Below, in pieces: positions 60,872 to 64,000 of a stretch of 64,000 bases of DNA. The position numbers and the translations under genes were made by a program. The stretch spans positions 15,200 through 79,199 of the forward strand of contig JASEGV010000003.1 of NCBI GenBank assembly GCA_030017895.1. The letters run 5' to 3'. The stretch's first letter is position 1, and the number at the start of each line of letters is the position of its first letter. Below the pieces are notes generated by a model. That model was not told where the DNA came from, searched no databases, and was given only the letters and a program-made list of their open reading frames with translations. Source of the DNA: Bacteroidota bacterium (GTDB taxonomy: Bacteria; Bacteroidota; Ignavibacteria; UBA10030; BY39).

Positions 60872-61168
60872 ATGACCGATAAAACAAAAATATATTTAGA
60901 TAAAATATTTCTATTTCTGATGGAACAATTTCCCTCAGCCCAATTGTTTGTTTTCGGTTCTGCAGTTTCCGATAATCAAAAATTATATCACGATATAGAT
61001 ATTGGAATCGAGGACACTGGCAAAATCCCTTTGATGAAGCTGCAGTGGGTAAAAGAAAAAATCGATGATATGAATATTCCGTATAAAGTGGACGTAATAG
61101 ATTTTAAAAGAGTTTCTACCGGTTTTTATAAAACTGCCAAAGAAAAGATAATCAAATGGAAAAATTAG
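60872..61168 (+). CDS. Minimal nucleotidyltransferase (Pol-beta superfamily NTase, HI0073/MntA-like)
   Basis: 98 aa with FGSAVSDNQKLYHDIDIGIE, matching the GS...D.D nucleotidyltransferase motif. Confidence 0.75.
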   Translation: MTDKTKIYLDKIFLFLMEQFPSAQLFVFGSAVSDNQKLYHDIDIGIEDTGKIPLMKLQWVKEKIDDMNIPYKVDVIDFKRVSTGFYKTAKEKIIKWKN

Positions 61169-61572
61169 ATAATATTTTACAAGATACTGAGAAAGCTCTG
61201 ATGCAGTTAAACAGAGCATTGCAAGAAAAGTTTTCGGATATCGTCCGTGATGCAGCAATTCAGAGATTCGAATTTACTTTCGAATTATTCTGGAAACTTG
61301 TTAAGACCTATTTAAACTACGTAGAAGGCATTGATTGTTATTCACCAAAGAATTGTTTTAGAGAGCTTTTACCGATCTTATTGGCTTCAGAAGACGAGGT
61401 TGAGCTATTACTAAAAATGTGCGACCATCGGAACCTAATATCACACGTGCACGATGAAGAAATTTCAAATGAGGTTTTCAACACCGTACCTTCTTACTAC
61501 AATCTCATGTATGTAATTTTAAGTCGTATAAAAGCAAAATACAAGGAATTACACAAAAAGCATTCTGTATAA
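61156..61572 (+). CDS. Nucleotidyltransferase substrate-binding protein (HI0074 family, HepT-like partner)
   Basis: 138 aa all-helical. ...IQRFEFTFELFWKLVKTYL... and ...CDHRNLISHVHDEE... are typical of HI0074-like partners of minimal NTases. 13-nt overlap with the NTase gene. Confidence 0.72.
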   Translation: MEKLDNILQDTEKALMQLNRALQEKFSDIVRDAAIQRFEFTFELFWKLVKTYLNYVEGIDCYSPKNCFRELLPILLASEDEVELLLKMCDHRNLISHVHDEEISNEVFNTVPSYYNLMYVILSRIKAKYKELHKKHSV

Positions 61573-61638
61573 AAACAGGTATCAGAAATGGTTCGGACAA
61601 TACATTGATGTTGAGTAGAAATTGAAAGAACCGTGATA

Positions 61639-61718
61639 CTCGCAGATATTTCTCCGACAATCCTAAAGCTGATTGGATAACACAACCCGCTGAGATGGAT
61701 GGGAGTTCGATGATATAG
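61639..61718 (+). repeat. Diverged relic copy of the gpmI 3' end (direct repeat of 60729-60809)
   Basis: CTCGCaGATATttctCCGACAATCCTAAAGCTGATtGGATaaCACAaCCGctGaGATGGATGGgAGtTCGaTGaTATAG versus the gpmI end CTCGCcGATATaacaCCGACAATCCTAAAGCTGATgGGATtaCCACAgCCGaaGgAGATGGATGGaAGcTCGcTGcTATAG. Shares a 20-nt identical core CCGACAATCCTAAAGCTGAT. The relic reads ...LADISPTILKLIG then a stop. Confidence 0.8.
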
Positions 61719-62198
61719 CTTTAACTCGAACAATCTCCCGAAGGTTTACCGTGATGTGAAGATTGATATACGATTTCGGTTTTGTGTATGCTTCCTTTCA
61801 ATTTACCAATAATATCGCTAACAGATTCGGATGGAGGAATTGAAATTGCTAAATGGATAAAGAACCTCTCCAATCTTTGGCGTATTCAGTGATTGCCTAA
61901 GGTCGGTTGCCCATGTCACGTGGTAATATAATTTGTAAAATACCTGTCCCATTGCAAACTCTTTAAAATTGTTATTGTGCATTGTAAAGATAATAGCATC
62001 ATTGATGATGCTTTGTTCGTATAGCGTTACGGTTCACCGTAATGCGAAGACTTATAAAATATCGCATAACCATAGTTAGGTTGTTCGAACAAAGGCTCAT
62101 AAATGAGACTAAAATTTCCAGATTCATTAAATCTTGAGCGCGCGATCCGCGATTCAAAATATCCAATCCCAAATCCCAAATCATAATTCATAATTTCA

Positions 62199-64000
62199 TT
62201 ATCTTCCTTGCAAAGTAGCTTTCATTGTTAGCGTTTCTTCTCCACGCAGCACAACAACCTCAACTTCATCACCCGGTTTAAAATCACCGAGAAGGGAAGT
62301 TAAATCATAAATATTCTTAACAGATTTACCACCAAAATTAATAATAATATCATTCGCCTTAAGCCCTGCTTTTTCGGCGGGTGAGCCGGCACGCGTTCCG
62401 CTTATTCGCATCCCCTTTGAATCGTCTCCAAAATCGGGCATAATCCCAAATGAAACACGGAAATTTCTACCACCTTCACGCATACCAGAAGTTTGTTCGA
62501 TTTTTACAAAGCTCGGTTTTGCGTTTACTGCATCCAACTGTCGCACAACACCTATTACAAAATCGGTAACCATTTTTTGTCCCTCGTAATTAATCAATTG
62601 CCAATCATCCGAGGGGCGGTGATAATCGCTGTGCAAACCTGTGAAGAAAAATAAAACCGGTATTTCCTTACTGGTGAAACTTGCGTGGTCGCTTGAGCCG
62701 AAACCATCCTGCCCAAGTTTTAATTTGAAAACCGAATCTTGATTTTGTTTTTGAATAATCTCGTTCCATACAGGCGAAGTACCAACCCCCTGTATAGTCA
62801 GGACGCTGTCTTTTAATCTTCCAATCATGTCCAAATTAATCATAGCGACAGATTTATCGAGTGGGAGTGGAGAATTTTTGACATAATGTGCCGACCCTAA
62901 CAAGCCAAGTTCTTCTGCCGAAAAAGCTGCAAACACATACGAACGTTTCATTTGAGTGTGATGGGATGCTAAACTTTGTGCAATCTCTAAAAGTCCGGCT
63001 GTCCCCGATGCGTTATCGTCAGCACCGTTGTGAACAGCTATTGAATCGGGAACGATTGAACCGGAACTCGCACCGCCCAATCCGAGATGATCAAAGTGCG
63101 CACCAATAATAATGTGTTCGCTTTTTAATGAAGCATCATTACCATCAAAATATCCAACAACGTTTGCAGTGTTGGAATATATTTTTTCTATTTCGGTTTT
63201 GAGTGTAACACTTGTATTTGCAAAATTAAACGAGTTAGGTTTTTTATTTTCGTTGATGGATTTTTGGAGAGAGAGTAAATTCATTCTAATATTTTCGAAT
63301 ATCGAATTGGCTGCATTCTGGTCGAGTTGTATAACTGCAATCCCCGAGTTCATTGAACCGCGTTCGTGTCGAAGTGGAATGAGAGGAGCGTTAGCTTCAT
63401 CGACGGGACCTGTAACGAATATTACTCCCGCCGCACCTTTATCACGTGCAGTCATTATTTTTTTTGTGAAAGAAGAGTAACCGGAAAAATTGCTTGACTG
63501 ATTGTTTCCATCAGGTGAGTATCGCAATATTACTGCAAGCTTATCCTTCACATCTATTCCTGTATAATCGTTGTAATGCAGAGTGTCGGCTTCGATGCCG
63601 TAGCCGGCAAATACGAGTTCTGCGGTGATTGATGTATCACTCGAAAAATTCATCGGTCTGAAATCAACATCGGGTGTGAAGTTTAAAGTTTTACCATCGA
63701 CATTAAAAGCGAGCGAGTTGTTCTTGCCGACTTTTAATTCCGAAACAAACTTGAAGTTTTGAAAATATGTTCCGTTATCTCCTAATGGTTTTAGTCCATA
63801 TGATTTGAATTCTTTCGCGATGTAATTTGCGGCAAGTTCGTTGCCTTTTGTCCCCGGCCGTCTGCCTTCGAGTTCATCCGAAGCTAAATACATTACGTGA
63901 CGTTGAAGTTCTCCGGCTGTAACATCGTTCGAAGTAATTCTCGGTTGAGTAGAACTGCAACCGATAATGATTGAAAGAACAAGAAGTATTGATAGAAGAT
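62199..64000 (-). CDS. M28-family peptidase with PA domain and C-terminal PDZ domain (lipoprotein). 5' end lies beyond the window
   Basis: M28 metal-ligand motifs (IIGAHFDHLG; NGADDNASGTAGLLE; AAFSAEELGLLGS; HSDYHRPSD). C-terminal PDZ (GMRISGTRAGSPAEKAGLKANDIIINFGG). The reading frame continues upstream of the listed M past position 64000, with a signal peptide and lipobox ...LSIIIGC. Confidence 0.8.
   Translation of the reverse strand, partial: LLSILLVLSIIIGCSSTQPRITSNDVTAGELQRHVMYLASDELEGRRPGTKGNELAANYIAKEFKSYGLKPLGDNGTYFQNFKFVSELKVGKNNSLAFNVDGKTLNFTPDVDFRPMNFSSDTSITAELVFAGYGIEADTLHYNDYTGIDVKDKLAVILRYSPDGNNQSSNFSGYSSFTKKIMTARDKGAAGVIFVTGPVDEANAPLIPLRHERGSMNSGIAVIQLDQNAANSIFENIRMNLLSLQKSINENKKPNSFNFANTSVTLKTEIEKIYSNTANVVGYFDGNDASLKSEHIIIGAHFDHLGLGGASSGSIVPDSIAVHNGADDNASGTAGLLEIAQSLASHHTQMKRSYVFAAFSAEELGLLGSAHYVKNSPLPLDKSVAMINLDMIGRLKDSVLTIQGVGTSPVWNEIIQKQNQDSVFKLKLGQDGFGSSDHASFTSKEIPVLFFFTGLHSDYHRPSDDWQLINYEGQKMVTDFVIGVVRQLDAVNAKPSFVKIEQTSGMREGGRNFRVSFGIMPDFGDDSKGMRISGTRAGSPAEKAGLKANDIIINFGGKSVKNIYDLTSLLGDFKPGDEVEVVVLRGEETLTMKATLQGR

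Noticed and set aside
1-64000. CRISPR arrays, rRNA genes, integrases or phage structural genes
   Set aside because: No regularly spaced direct repeats with unique spacers, no rRNA-like conserved stretches, and no tyrosine or serine recombinase motifs were seen in any frame.

Overview
This 64-kb window looks like a stretch of core chromosome from an AT-rich member of the FCB group (Bacteroidota/Ignavibacteriota-like). The lineage guess rests on T9SS-type C-terminal sorting domains on secreted proteins, frequent TTG/GTG starts, tight gene overlaps, split hldE, and a TPAT-type TRAP operon.

Gene content, in order:
- 61-11274 (+): a co-directional cluster of two T9SS-type secreted proteins, a lipoprotein, a TonB-dependent receptor, a PorV/PorQ-like outer-membrane barrel and an NHL-repeat lipoprotein.
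- 11555-11643: tRNA-Ser(GCU), with a partial duplicate of its 5' region about 160 bp upstream.
- 11748-18069: gltX, glnS, folB, folK, a deoxynucleoside kinase, nadA, and two small proteins.
- 18243-26597: a TPR protein, an outer-membrane protein, ExbB, ExbD, TonB and an OmpA-like protein, forming a Tol/Ton-like envelope cluster.
- 26.6-29.3 kb: a small accessory patch with hairpins and inverted repeats, a Cys/Lys-rich secreted repeat protein, and an HMA-domain metallochaperone gene broken at a (GT)n tract. This is followed by a decayed IS3-family element with 25-bp terminal inverted repeats.
- 29280-32956 (-): a TatT-DctP-DctQ-DctM (TPAT) operon.
- 33223-36363 (-): a 1046-aa protein with an unusual three-part architecture (HExxH domain, PD40 propeller, Omp85-like barrel).
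- 36423-43330: a TrmH-family methyltransferase, split heptose kinase and adenylyltransferase genes, and a TamB-like giant protein.
- 43343-60809: rnr, acyP, ispF, dedA, a PAP2 phosphatase, lnt, ltaE, then the conserved rimP-nusA-infB-rbfA-truB-ribF-rpsO-pnp block and gpmI.
- 60810-62198: the most interesting accessory feature. An 830-bp nucleotidyltransferase/HI0074-type two-gene cassette sits at the 3' end of gpmI, bracketed by an ~80-bp diverged duplicate of the gpmI 3' end that shares a 20-bp identical core (att-like).
- 62199-end (-): an M28 peptidase with a PDZ domain that runs off the window.

No CRISPR array, rRNA or intact integrase is visible. Coordinates of hairpins and repeats were derived by hand and may be off by 1-2 bp.
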